Source: Candidatus Omnitrophota bacterium
GTDB lineage: Bacteria; Omnitrophota; Gorgyraeia; 2-02-FULL-51-18
Reading direction: 5' to 3'
DNA length: 64,000 nucleotides
Assembly: GCA_016197155.1 (NCBI GenBank)
Contig: JACPWF010000024.1
Location: forward strand, 17,432 to 81,431
Both the position numbers and the translations under genes were made by a program. Numbering within the stretch: the first letter of the stretch is position 1; every line of letters starts with the position of its first letter. Positions 31,947-40,750 of the stretch are shown one piece after another. The notes under the pieces were generated by a model. That model was not told the DNA's origin. It did not search any database and was given only the letters and a program-made list of their open reading frames with translations.

Positions 31947-33173
31947 ATGATCTCTTGCGAACAAGCTCTGAAACTCATCGAAGAAAATAATCCCTCTCCA
32001 AAAGAGGAGGAGGCATGGATTTCCGCGGCGCTGGGTCTTGTGTGCGCCGAAGACGTGAGAGCCCCCTTGGACCTGCCTTTGTACGACAATTCGGCAATGG
32101 ACGGATTCGTGTTGCGATCCGAAGATACCCGGACGGCGACAGCCGAAAAACCGGTTTTGTTGAGCATTCGAGGCGTTGTCAAAGCAGGGGATGATGGAAG
32201 GGTTCGTCTGGATGAGGGGAAAACTTACCGGATCATGACAGGCGCTCCGATCATTAAAGGAGGCGATGCGGTTCTCGAAAAAGAAAAGGCGTTTATTCAG
32301 GACAATTGTCTGGTGATGACTGCGCCGGCCCAAAAGGGAAGGAACATCCGATACCAGGCCGAAGAAGTAAAAAAATCCGAGTTGGCATTGCCCAAAGGCT
32401 CAGTGATCACTCCCGGCACCATCGGTTTTCTGGCGACGATGGGAATGAATAGAGTCACGGTTTATAAAAAACCCGCCATCTCTTTAATCACCACGGGCAG
32501 TGAGCTCACGGCTCCCGGCGGTTTATTGAGACCCGGAAAGATTTATGATTCGAACACCGCCATGATCCAGGCGGCCCTCGAGGAAATGAGAATTCGTCCT
32601 TTCTTTGTCCGGCGCTTTCATGATGTGCCGAAAACCATTCAAAAAGTGATGCGTTTTGCGTTGAAAGAAAGCGACATCGTGATTCTCATGGGGGGAGTCT
32701 CGGTCGGGGATTACGATTTTGTCAAAGGGTTGCTTGAAGAAGAAGGCGTGAAAACCATTTTCTGGAAGGTCAGTCAAAAGCCGGGGAAACCTTTGTATTT
32801 TGGCCGGAAAGAAAATCGTCTCGTTTTCGGTTTTCCGGGCAACCCTGCGAGCGTTTTCACCTGTTTCTACGAGTATGTTTACCCGGCGATCCGGCGCTTC
32901 ATGGGGTATCAAAATCCTTGTCTTTTTTCATCAAGGCTTAAACTCAAAGGATCTCTTAAGCCGGACCCTGAAAAAGTTTTATTCATTAAAAGTAAAATCG
33001 AAAACGGAGAAGACAAAGGAGTGCTCCCGCTGAGGCACCAGAAATCCCACATGATCTCTTCTTTATGCCAAGCGGACAGTTTCGTGGTGGTGCAGAATTC
33101 CGAAACCGTTCTTGAGGAAGGCGAAAAAGTTCTTGTCCACGCCCTTCCTTTTGCTTCGGAGGGCGTTTTGTGA
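31947..33173 (+). CDS. moeA: molybdopterin molybdenumtransferase MoeA
   Basis: Conserved start MISCEQALKLIEEN. ATG 31947 follows the tauE stop; the ORF frame opens at 31809. MoeA domains (LPLYDNSAMDGF, ILMGGVSVGDYD). Confidence 0.85.
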   Translation: MISCEQALKLIEENNPSPKEEEAWISAALGLVCAEDVRAPLDLPLYDNSAMDGFVLRSEDTRTATAEKPVLLSIRGVVKAGDDGRVRLDEGKTYRIMTGAPIIKGGDAVLEKEKAFIQDNCLVMTAPAQKGRNIRYQAEEVKKSELALPKGSVITPGTIGFLATMGMNRVTVYKKPAISLITTGSELTAPGGLLRPGKIYDSNTAMIQAALEEMRIRPFFVRRFHDVPKTIQKVMRFALKESDIVILMGGVSVGDYDFVKGLLEEEGVKTIFWKVSQKPGKPLYFGRKENRLVFGFPGNPASVFTCFYEYVYPAIRRFMGYQNPCLFSSRLKLKGSLKPDPEKVLFIKSKIENGEDKGVLPLRHQKSHMISSLCQADSFVVVQNSETVLEEGEKVLVHALPFASEGVL

Positions 33174-33222
33174 CCCTTCGACAAGCTCAGGGTCATGGTG
33201 AGCGAGCGAAACGAGCCGAACC

Positions 33223-33465
33223 ATGAAAATAAAAATCCTTTTTTTTGCCGAGCTTAGGGAAATTTTTGGGGGATCTCGATTTATCGACGTGAGAGAAGAC
33301 TTAACAGTCGGAGAAGTCGTGGACCTCTTGGAGGATGAACTCAACCAGTCTTATTCCAAAAGAGATTCTCTAATCTACGCGGTCAACGAAAATTTTGAAA
33401 CAACAGATAAAAAGCTAAAAAACCTCGATGAATTGGCGCTCATGACGCCCATGTCAGGGGGCTGA
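33223..33465 (+). CDS. moaD: molybdopterin synthase sulfur carrier subunit MoaD
   Basis: 80 aa. Ubiquitin-like, ends ...LALMTPMSGG (Gly-Gly C-terminus). Confidence 0.85.
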   Translation: MKIKILFFAELREIFGGSRFIDVREDLTVGEVVDLLEDELNQSYSKRDSLIYAVNENFETTDKKLKNLDELALMTPMSGG

Positions 33466-33891
33466 TTGTATCTCACGGCTGAGACGATAAATCTCCAAAG
33501 GTTCTTTTCCGAAGAGGCCCCGCCATCCTGCGGCGCGGCGGTCTCTTTTGCCGGAATGGTTAGAAACCATGATCATGGCCGTGCCGTCAAGAGTCTTTAC
33601 TACGACTGTTACCGCTCGATGGCGGAAAAAATGATAAAGGCTCTCATTGAAGAGGCTGAAATCCGATGGCAGATTGGAAAGGTGCGGGTGTTGCACCGCA
33701 TCGGCCATCTCGAAATCGGAGAGGTCGCTGTCGCCATCTCGGTGAGTTCCGCTCATCGTGCGGAGGCGTTTGAGGCCTGTCGATTTATGATTGAAGGAAT
33801 CAAAAAGAATGTTCCGATTTGGAAAAAAGAGATCTTTGAAGATGGGATGAGCGAGTGGGTGTCGTGCAAACACGCGGAGGCGGCCTCTTGA
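33466..33891 (+). CDS. moaE: molybdopterin synthase catalytic subunit MoaE
   Basis: 141 aa, TTG start. VRNHDHGRAV...VLHRIGHLEIGEVAVAISVSSAHRAEAFEACRFMIEGIKKNVPIWKKE. Confidence 0.85.
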   Translation: MYLTAETINLQRFFSEEAPPSCGAAVSFAGMVRNHDHGRAVKSLYYDCYRSMAEKMIKALIEEAEIRWQIGKVRVLHRIGHLEIGEVAVAISVSSAHRAEAFEACRFMIEGIKKNVPIWKKEIFEDGMSEWVSCKHAEAAS

Positions 33892-34463
33892 TCCGTGGGC
33901 TTGTGTTGGCAGGGGGGAAGAGTTCGCGTTTTGGCTCAAACAAGGCCGTCGCGAGTTATCAAGGCGTTCGTCTGATCGAGCGTGCCGTTTCGCTTTTGAA
34001 TGAATTAGATCTCAAGCCAATTGTGGCGGTTCGGAAAGACATGGATTATCCATTTTTGAAATGTGTAGCGATCCATGACAAATTACCGGATCAGGGTCCT
34101 TTGGGCGGTATTTATACGGCGATGACTATGTTTAAGAAAACACCCTTTTTAGTATTGACCTGCGACATGCCCCGACTGACACCGTCGGCCTTAGCAGAGC
34201 TTTTAGCCCGGCACGAAACACATTCTCTCATCACCGCTTATTCAACCCGAGACGAGACGCCTCAACCTTTTCCGGCAGTTTATGAACCCGTGCTTCTGGG
34301 CGCTGTCCGCGAGAAGTTAAAATGTGGTAACCTATCCATGCATGACTTGTTCGATCGAACTCCCACCAAAAAACTTATTCCATGGAAAGGAGAAAGCAAT
34401 ATTTTTATCAATATTAATTCCACACAAGCCCTAAAAATCTTGGAAACTCTATCCTCTGATTAG
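33855..34463 (+). CDS. mobA: molybdenum cofactor guanylyltransferase MobA
   Basis: LVLAGGKSSRFGSNKA nucleotide-binding motif. True start is probably near 33885 (TTG/ATC region overlapping the moaE stop). Confidence 0.75.
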   Translation: MGVVQTRGGGLLIRGLVLAGGKSSRFGSNKAVASYQGVRLIERAVSLLNELDLKPIVAVRKDMDYPFLKCVAIHDKLPDQGPLGGIYTAMTMFKKTPFLVLTCDMPRLTPSALAELLARHETHSLITAYSTRDETPQPFPAVYEPVLLGAVREKLKCGNLSMHDLFDRTPTKKLIPWKGESNIFININSTQALKILETLSSD

Positions 34464-34547
34464 GATTTGAGGTTTCTCCTTCGTAAATTTTCCTTTTAAA
34501 ACGGCAGTATAGCCGCTATTCCGAAGGTTCTTTGTTTTATGCAAATA

Positions 34548-34604
34548 GGGTCGTGGATTCGACGCGCCGTGAGGAAATACTTTTCCTCACGGCTTGCTCA
34601 CCAC
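34548..34604 (+). repeat. 57-bp direct repeat, copy C (right boundary of the nitrate/Moco block)
   Basis: gggtcgtggattcgacgcgccgtgaggaaaTACTtttcctcacggcttgctcaccac. Preceded only by the last 6 nt of the tRNA-Glu sequence. Confidence 0.8.
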
Positions 34605-34625
34605 TAAGTGGCCCGCTCATCAGAG

Positions 34626-35168
34626 TCAGGGAGCCTTCTTTGAGACGTCTTTGGAAAGAAAAGCGCCAGCTTCCTTTGCGGACAAGGAATGGTTTTTTAC
34701 CGAATGTTCGGCGACCTGCACCGAGAGAGGCAGATCGGTCTTTTGTAAACGGACGATCTGATAGGGAGACGTAAATTCCTGCGTCGCAAGGCCGCCCCCT
34801 CCATTGGTTTCGAGAAAAACATAAAGCCAGCCAGCCCCTTCCTCGATTTTTTTCACTTGAATGGTATAACCCCCCGTCGATTGGACTCCCATAAGGCAAG
34901 CGATGACCATTTCTTTTTCGAAATCAATTTTTGGCAACGAGGGAGCCGGTTCGGGGAAAGTCTCAATTTTAATCCTTGACCAAAATTTTTCCCATGCGGC
35001 ATTCGCGCGAATCACAACCACCGTTTCCTTTCCCTCATAACCGCAGTTGTCACCCGAAATAACTTCTTGGTACGCGATGCCCCCGTATAAATCCGAGGCA
35101 AATACCGTGTTTTTCATCAATCCAAATAAAATAAAAAGAAATATGGGAAGAGCCGATTTTTTGTTCAT
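34626..35168 (-). CDS. secreted protein with PrcB_C-like domain
   Basis: Signal peptide MNKKSALPIFLFILFGLM. IACLMGVQSTGGYTIQVKKIEEG resembles the PrcB C-terminal domain. The ORF frame extends to 35228. Confidence 0.45.
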   Translation of the reverse strand: MNKKSALPIFLFILFGLMKNTVFASDLYGGIAYQEVISGDNCGYEGKETVVVIRANAAWEKFWSRIKIETFPEPAPSLPKIDFEKEMVIACLMGVQSTGGYTIQVKKIEEGAGWLYVFLETNGGGGLATQEFTSPYQIVRLQKTDLPLSVQVAEHSVKNHSLSAKEAGAFLSKDVSKKAP

Positions 35169-37060
35169 GAGCTGTCTGCTCTCCTGATGGGGAATCTCAA
35201 GATCTCTTCGTGTTTCAAATAAGAGCATGTGACCAAAAGCACCCAGCCCTCGTTTTCTCTGACGCCGGAGGCGGAGGGAAACGTCACCGATCCGCCTTCT
35301 CCGAAATGATAATGAGGCGGCTCCCCGTCTTTGAGAGGCTCAACCCATTCGCCTTTAGGGCTTAGCAATGTAACGGCTCTAATAAGTCCTTGTCCGTTTT
35401 TGCCTAGAATTTCCTTGGTGCTATTGGCCAGCATGCCGGCTCCAAAAAAAACGCCGCGCATGTCCCAATTCACCGAAGGATTGAGCCTGACCTCAAAGCC
35501 GCTTGGCGTGCTTTTATATTCCGGTTTCAGTCGAAGCCACCCGACAACAAAGTCTCCAAAATTATCCCCGTTCTTTCGGTCATGATGGTAAAAAAAGAAT
35601 TGTTTCGATAAAGCCGGACGTTCTTCGTTTCTGGTGTCCACGGACGCGATCAGCGCCGCACGCGCGGCCAAAAGCATAAGCCAGGGGGATTCGGAATTCA
35701 AACCCTTTTCTACCAAAGCTTGCGCGCGCTTTTGATCCGCGGCAAACGGCGCTTGAGCGGCCTTGGCCAGCGCTTCGTTATACAAAATGAGCGACCACGC
35801 ATTTTGATCGGGATCTTGCAGAAGAGAATTCCAGGTCTTTTCAAAGTGATCCATGAGAAGGCCTATTTTGAGCCTCGCCAACACAAGCGAGAACTGGGGC
35901 CGGAGAGAACGGTCCTCATTTTGATCCAAAAGCTGATAAAGTCCGATGATGGGCCTCAGTTGGCCCGCGTCCCAAAGCGCCAGGGCGGAAAAAGCCAGCG
36001 ACCGAGAGGTGTGTTGGGTTGTGGGCTGATTGTTGATGTTTTCAATGGCAGGAATGGCCCCTTCCGCCATCAGGTAACCAATGATCTTCGTGCGAGGGGA
36101 TTCATAGCCGGTTTTTACCGATTGATACAGATCGGCTAAATTTAAAACGGCGCCGGCCAAAATTTCCACGCTACGCTGATAAGCGCCCGAATCTTTCCCG
36201 GCGCTTGACCGTTCCAAAATATAATACATTTGAAGAACCGGCCATGCTTTTTCGGGGTTTAACGGAAAAAGCACCTGCAAAGCTCTCATTCGTACCTCCG
36301 GCGACCTATCCGCCAGCCCTTTTTCTATCAGTGGCATGGCCTCGCTTTCAAAAGACGCAGGAATTTTCCACAAAAGTTCCATGGCTTTTGCGCGAACCCA
36401 CCATTTTTCATGAGTGATGGCTTCACCTGCGAGGGCAATGCGTTCGGCCGGGTCGATTCGCCCGGTTTCTTGTGCCCAAACCAAGGCGGCGGCCAACCGC
36501 ACATCGAAGGATTGACGGCCCAATGCTTCGCGAAACGCGGCATAATTTTCCATGCCCATGAGACGATAAAGTCCCCGGAAAATTTCTATCCGGGTAAAAA
36601 GATTTAATGAGTCCCTATGGAGTAAATTTTTTAAGGTGTCTATGTCCGACTCGGTGGCCGTATCCACGAAAGTGCGCATCGTCGAATAAAAAACCGCGTA
36701 GTTTCTTTTGACCGGCGCGGTGGGTTCAAAAAGAGCCTCGACGGCCAGGCGGATCTTGGCCAGGCATTCTTTGACCGCCGGGTCATTTCTGTCGAGACGG
36801 CTTGAATCCAAGAGGCCGCAAACGCTCGAGGGGGTGAGTGTGTTGGTCCATGCGTAAGCATCCCCGTCAATAAGCTCCGCGGGAATGTCGGCAAGACCCC
36901 AAAAAAAAGGTTGCCACCGGTCGCGGGGCTTTAATCGAAGCGTGACGCCCTGGGTTTCTCCGGGAAAGACAAAGGCCTCGGTGGAATAAATCACGGGGGT
37001 TTCGGCTTGCAAAGGCGAAAGAATAAAAAACGAGATCAAGGTCAAAAAAACCGCTCTCAC
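35165..37060 (-). CDS. secreted HEAT/armadillo-repeat protein of unknown function
   Basis: 631 aa. Signal peptide MRAVFLTLISFFILSPLQA. Repeated alpha-helical HEAT-like units (EVRMRALQVLFPLNPEKAW). Confidence 0.45.
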   Translation of the reverse strand: MRAVFLTLISFFILSPLQAETPVIYSTEAFVFPGETQGVTLRLKPRDRWQPFFWGLADIPAELIDGDAYAWTNTLTPSSVCGLLDSSRLDRNDPAVKECLAKIRLAVEALFEPTAPVKRNYAVFYSTMRTFVDTATESDIDTLKNLLHRDSLNLFTRIEIFRGLYRLMGMENYAAFREALGRQSFDVRLAAALVWAQETGRIDPAERIALAGEAITHEKWWVRAKAMELLWKIPASFESEAMPLIEKGLADRSPEVRMRALQVLFPLNPEKAWPVLQMYYILERSSAGKDSGAYQRSVEILAGAVLNLADLYQSVKTGYESPRTKIIGYLMAEGAIPAIENINNQPTTQHTSRSLAFSALALWDAGQLRPIIGLYQLLDQNEDRSLRPQFSLVLARLKIGLLMDHFEKTWNSLLQDPDQNAWSLILYNEALAKAAQAPFAADQKRAQALVEKGLNSESPWLMLLAARAALIASVDTRNEERPALSKQFFFYHHDRKNGDNFGDFVVGWLRLKPEYKSTPSGFEVRLNPSVNWDMRGVFFGAGMLANSTKEILGKNGQGLIRAVTLLSPKGEWVEPLKDGEPPHYHFGEGGSVTFPSASGVRENEGWVLLVTCSYLKHEEILRFPIRRADSS

Positions 37061-38292
37061 TCTTTTTTATCCACCCATTTTTGCAACAATTTTTCCTGTT
37101 CTTCGGCGTCCAGTTTTTCCTGCTGTTCTTCGGAGGGCGCTCCGGCATATTCCCGCAAAGCGCTTCCTCCCTCTTTCCCTTCCCGAAGCCGGTCACGTTT
37201 TTCTCTTTCTTTCGCGGGAATCAAGCCCGGAGCCACTTTGTACGCTTGATCATAAAACCAGTCTCTTGCGCCGCCGGCTTTCTTTTTCGCTTCTTTCATA
37301 TCGAGGCCGGCATTTTTTGATATTTCGTAAGGAAGATTTTCGACATGCTCTGACAATCGGGCTTTATTTTCTTCGGTGGGGTTATCCATCGTTCGGTTGG
37401 CTTTATCCATGCCTTCGGCCGTGGCCTGGACCGCGCCCGCGGCGGGCTTCGCCAATACTCCCACGACGGGTCCGCCGCCATATTTGGCGGCCAGCTCCGC
37501 CGCCTTTGTCGCGCCAGACCTTTCATCCCGTATGGTCTCACCGAGGGACCTGGCGCCTTTCAGCGCGTCGGCTGTTTTTCCGGCGGCTTTACCGGTCATC
37601 CCAAATCCCCCGGCTTTGGCGCTCCATTTCACGCCTTTGGCTGTGTCATAAGCCTCCTTCAAAACGTCAATCTTCTTGTCTGCCTCCGGTTCACTTATTT
37701 GGGGTCCGGAATTTGTTTTGGTCTGAAATTCGGATGGCTCAGGAAGCGGTTCTTGGGTCTCGTGCGAAAGAGGCTTGCTGTCAAACTCAGGTTGCGGTTT
37801 AAAAACAACTCCGTCTGTGCCGTCGGAATAAAGCGCCTTGAGCGCCTCCGGAGGAAGATCCATCAGAGAAGTGGATTCAGGAAGCCCGGCTTTTCTCAAA
37901 GCCTCTTTTTCCTCGGGAAGATCCGCGGGAACGTGGCGTTTGCGGGGGACCTCGACCGGCGGGACCACCCGAGGCGGTGAAGCCGGAACGGCGATGTCGT
38001 TGTTCTTTTTTGCGCTTTTTGGCGGTTGGATGGCCGGAGGAGCCGGTTGGGTTGGTTTTCGATCCATATCGGCGCGGGCGCGCCTGACAAAATCCGAGAA
38101 TTTTTCGTCCGACGGTCCGTCAGGCAATTCCCCCGCTTTGGCACGATCTTCCGGGGGACCCTTAACCGCGTCTTCAAGATCGCCCAACGCCCCGATGACA
38201 CCGCCTCGATTTTTGCCGGGGGCCGGTTCATTCTCGGCATAACCCGGACTGACAAAAAAAACAAAGAAAAGAAAAATAAAAAATTTTTTCAT
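37057..38292 (-). CDS. secreted proline/lysine-rich low-complexity protein
   Basis: 411 aa. Signal peptide MKKFFIFLFFVFFVSPGYA, then Pro-rich linker and charged C-terminal half. Confidence 0.4.
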   Translation of the reverse strand: MKKFFIFLFFVFFVSPGYAENEPAPGKNRGGVIGALGDLEDAVKGPPEDRAKAGELPDGPSDEKFSDFVRRARADMDRKPTQPAPPAIQPPKSAKKNNDIAVPASPPRVVPPVEVPRKRHVPADLPEEKEALRKAGLPESTSLMDLPPEALKALYSDGTDGVVFKPQPEFDSKPLSHETQEPLPEPSEFQTKTNSGPQISEPEADKKIDVLKEAYDTAKGVKWSAKAGGFGMTGKAAGKTADALKGARSLGETIRDERSGATKAAELAAKYGGGPVVGVLAKPAAGAVQATAEGMDKANRTMDNPTEENKARLSEHVENLPYEISKNAGLDMKEAKKKAGGARDWFYDQAYKVAPGLIPAKEREKRDRLREGKEGGSALREYAGAPSEEQQEKLDAEEQEKLLQKWVDKKE

Positions 38293-38756
38293 TTCATTCT
38301 TTTTTCATCCGATTCTTTAAAAATAGCCATGAGCGACGCTGCGTCATTTTTAAGGTATTCGGCGCCGGCGGACATCGACTCTCGCAACCCTTTCTTAAAT
38401 TCGATGGCGCCCAGGCGATAAAGAAACACAAGGCCCGCCAAAAGAAAAAAAACGACGAGGCGGACCCTGAGGCTTTTGGCGGCAAAAAGCCATCCAAACA
38501 CAAATCCGGTCAAGGCCCAGAAACAAAAAATAAAGGGCCAATGGGGACTGCCTCCAAAAACTGACGGAGAAAGCCTAAGTCGCGCCAAAATGATTTCGGC
38601 CAACACCGATGGGGCGGCCGCAGAGGTAGCCAAGATAAATTCGGAAGTTCGTCCGATAGATCCGTTATTGGCCAGGGCGCTGACCATAAAGCCGGCCCCG
38701 GCAATTAACACGCCAACGATAATTCCTATTTTAATGGGGCGCATAAATTTTCTCAC
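38289..38756 (-). CDS. small integral membrane protein
   Basis: 155 aa, 4 predicted TM helices. Translationally coupled to the upstream gene. Confidence 0.4.
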   Translation of the reverse strand: MRKFMRPIKIGIIVGVLIAGAGFMVSALANNGSIGRTSEFILATSAAAPSVLAEIILARLRLSPSVFGGSPHWPFIFCFWALTGFVFGWLFAAKSLRVRLVVFFLLAGLVFLYRLGAIEFKKGLRESMSAGAEYLKNDAASLMAIFKESDEKRMK

Positions 38757-38970
38757 GGGTTCATGAATAGTATATCAAATTTTTAGTTATAAAAATAATA
38801 TAAGGGAGTAAATACCTTCGGGCCGGACTGCCGGTGAGGCTCGTCCATTCGGAAAACTTTAAGAATCAATCCTCCGCGCTCAAGCGCGAAACGAAAATCA
38901 AACGCCGGCCGCGCAGGAAGAAGCTGGTTTTAATAGCCGGCGGTCGCGTGGTAAAATACTCCCCGTAGCC

Positions 38971-39345
38971 ATGACAAAAATTCTTTATCTGGGAATCGGA
39001 AGTCTCGCGGGGGGCCTCGCGAGATATTTTCTGGCAGGAACCGTCCATAAAAGTTTTGGGACAGGCTTTCCTTATGGGACGCTGGCGGTGAATCTCCTGG
39101 GTTGTTTTGCGATCGGATTCCTCGGCGCGGTCGCGGAGGAGCGGTTTTTTCTGGGGCCGGAGGGAAAAATTCTTCTCATGACCGGTTTCTGCGGGGCGTT
39201 CACGACATTTTCCACTTTTATGTTTGAGACCGGGAATCTCATGAAAGACGGTGAGTTTAGCCGGGCCTTTTTGAATGTGGCGGCGAGCCTCGTGGCGGGG
39301 TTCGCCGTTTATCGTTTGGGTATTCTCCTGGGGCAGAGGATTTAA
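38971..39345 (+). CDS. crcB: fluoride ion channel CrcB/Fluc
   Basis: 124 aa, 4 TM. GTLAVNLLGCFAIGF and GFCGAFTTFSTF motifs. Confidence 0.9.
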   Translation: MTKILYLGIGSLAGGLARYFLAGTVHKSFGTGFPYGTLAVNLLGCFAIGFLGAVAEERFFLGPEGKILLMTGFCGAFTTFSTFMFETGNLMKDGEFSRAFLNVAASLVAGFAVYRLGILLGQRI

Positions 39346-39359
39346 CCGGAGGCTGGAAG

Positions 39360-39695
39360 ATGAAAATTCCGTCGGATGGGAAACTTTTAAGGATCTTCGT
39401 CGGCGAAACGGACAAGTGGCATGGGAAACCGCTTTACGAGGAGATCGTTCTCTTGGCGAGAAAGGAAGGCCTGGCGGGCGCCACCGCCATTAAAGGATTC
39501 ATGGGATTCGGGCGAAACAGCCGCATCCACACCGCGAAAATCCTGAGACTCTCGGAAGACCTTCCCGTTGTCGTTGAAATCGTGGACAGCGAGGAGAAAA
39601 TAAACCAGTTTCTTCCTCGTCTCGACGCGATGGTGAGGGAGGGCCTTGTGACACTGGAGAAGGCCAACGTGATTTTGTACCGGTCCGGAGACTAA
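39360..39695 (+). CDS. DUF190 (PII-like) protein commonly linked to crcB
   Basis: 111 aa. LLRIFVGETDKWHGKPLYEEIV...GATAIKGFMGFG. Confidence 0.6.
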   Translation: MKIPSDGKLLRIFVGETDKWHGKPLYEEIVLLARKEGLAGATAIKGFMGFGRNSRIHTAKILRLSEDLPVVVEIVDSEEKINQFLPRLDAMVREGLVTLEKANVILYRSGD

Positions 39696-39708
39696 CCTGG
39701 AGGGAGCC

Positions 39709-40137
39709 ATGTGCCAAGAAATCCTGTTCGGTGAGTCGGTGAAGGGAAAGGGAGGATTTGCGCTTTTCGGCCTGCGCGTGGTCGCGGGGCTGGCGTTTAT
39801 TCAGCACGGTTGGCCGCTGTTTCAGCACGCGTTCACGTGGATGGGGGCGAATTCACAGGTGCCCGGATTTTTACAGGCGCTGGCCGCATTTTCGGAATTC
39901 TGCGGGGGCATGGCGCTCGTCGCGGGGCTTTTGACGCGGCTGGCCGCGCTCGGCCTCTGGTGCGTCATGAGCTACGCGCTGTTTCTGGTTCACATTCCCC
40001 ACGGAGACCCTTTTGTTTCGCCGACAGGCGGGGCGTCGTATGAACTGGCCGCCGTTTACTGGGTGATCATGCTGGCCCTCATGCTGAGAGGCGGCGGACT
40101 TTTTTCACTCGACGGCCTTTTTTCCAAAAAACGCTAA
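39709..40137 (+). CDS. DoxX family membrane protein
   Basis: 142 aa, 4 TM. GLRVVAGLAFIQHGWPLF. Confidence 0.6.
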   Translation: MCQEILFGESVKGKGGFALFGLRVVAGLAFIQHGWPLFQHAFTWMGANSQVPGFLQALAAFSEFCGGMALVAGLLTRLAALGLWCVMSYALFLVHIPHGDPFVSPTGGASYELAAVYWVIMLALMLRGGGLFSLDGLFSKKR

Positions 40138-40153
40138 AGGACGGATCGAAAAG

Positions 40154-40750
40154 ATGTTTTACGAACCCTCAGAGTTTCCGTTCACAAAACGGCTTGAGGT
40201 CTCTTACGGCAAAATAAAAGAGGAAATGGAAAACCTCACGCTTGGGCGTTTCAAGCCCTGGTACGAAAAAGATCTCTACACGAATCTTTGGCTGGTGTAC
40301 GGGCTTTACGCGATGGGGAATAAATTGAAGGACAACTGCGCCCTCTGCCCCGAGACGGTGAAAATCCTCGAAGAGGTCCCGGATCTCACGACGGCGGGTT
40401 TTTCGGCGCTCCTGCCGGGCACGCACATCAAGCCGCACGAGGGATTCACGAAAATGGTCCTGCGCTGTCACCTCGGACTTTCGGTGCCCGAGCCTGGGAC
40501 CTGCGCGCTCAAAGTGAACGGCGTCGAGCGCTCCTGGCGGGAGGGCCGGTGCCTCATCTTTGACGACACGATGACCCACGAGGCCTGGAACAAGGGCGAA
40601 AAGCCGCGTATCGTTCTTCTCATTGATTTCAAAAATAAAAAAAGACCCCTGCCGCTTTCCAAAAAAATCGAGTTCTCGGTCGTCTCGCGCCTGGTCGGGG
40701 TTGTGTACCCGTTCCTGTACGGGACGAGGAAAGAGAAGACGTCAGTTTGA
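40154..40750 (+). CDS. aspartyl/asparaginyl beta-hydroxylase family 2OG-Fe(II) oxygenase
   Basis: 198 aa. LLPGTHIKPHEG...DDTMTHEAWN (His-x-Asp/His ... His arrangement). Confidence 0.55.
   Translation: MFYEPSEFPFTKRLEVSYGKIKEEMENLTLGRFKPWYEKDLYTNLWLVYGLYAMGNKLKDNCALCPETVKILEEVPDLTTAGFSALLPGTHIKPHEGFTKMVLRCHLGLSVPEPGTCALKVNGVERSWREGRCLIFDDTMTHEAWNKGEKPRIVLLIDFKNKKRPLPLSKKIEFSVVSRLVGVVYPFLYGTRKEKTSV

Noticed and set aside
38757-38970. Fluoride riboswitch expected upstream of crcB
   Set aside because: Neither the GGnGAUGG...AAACnGCC nor the CUGAUGAUnCCUAC cores are present on the plus strand of the leader.
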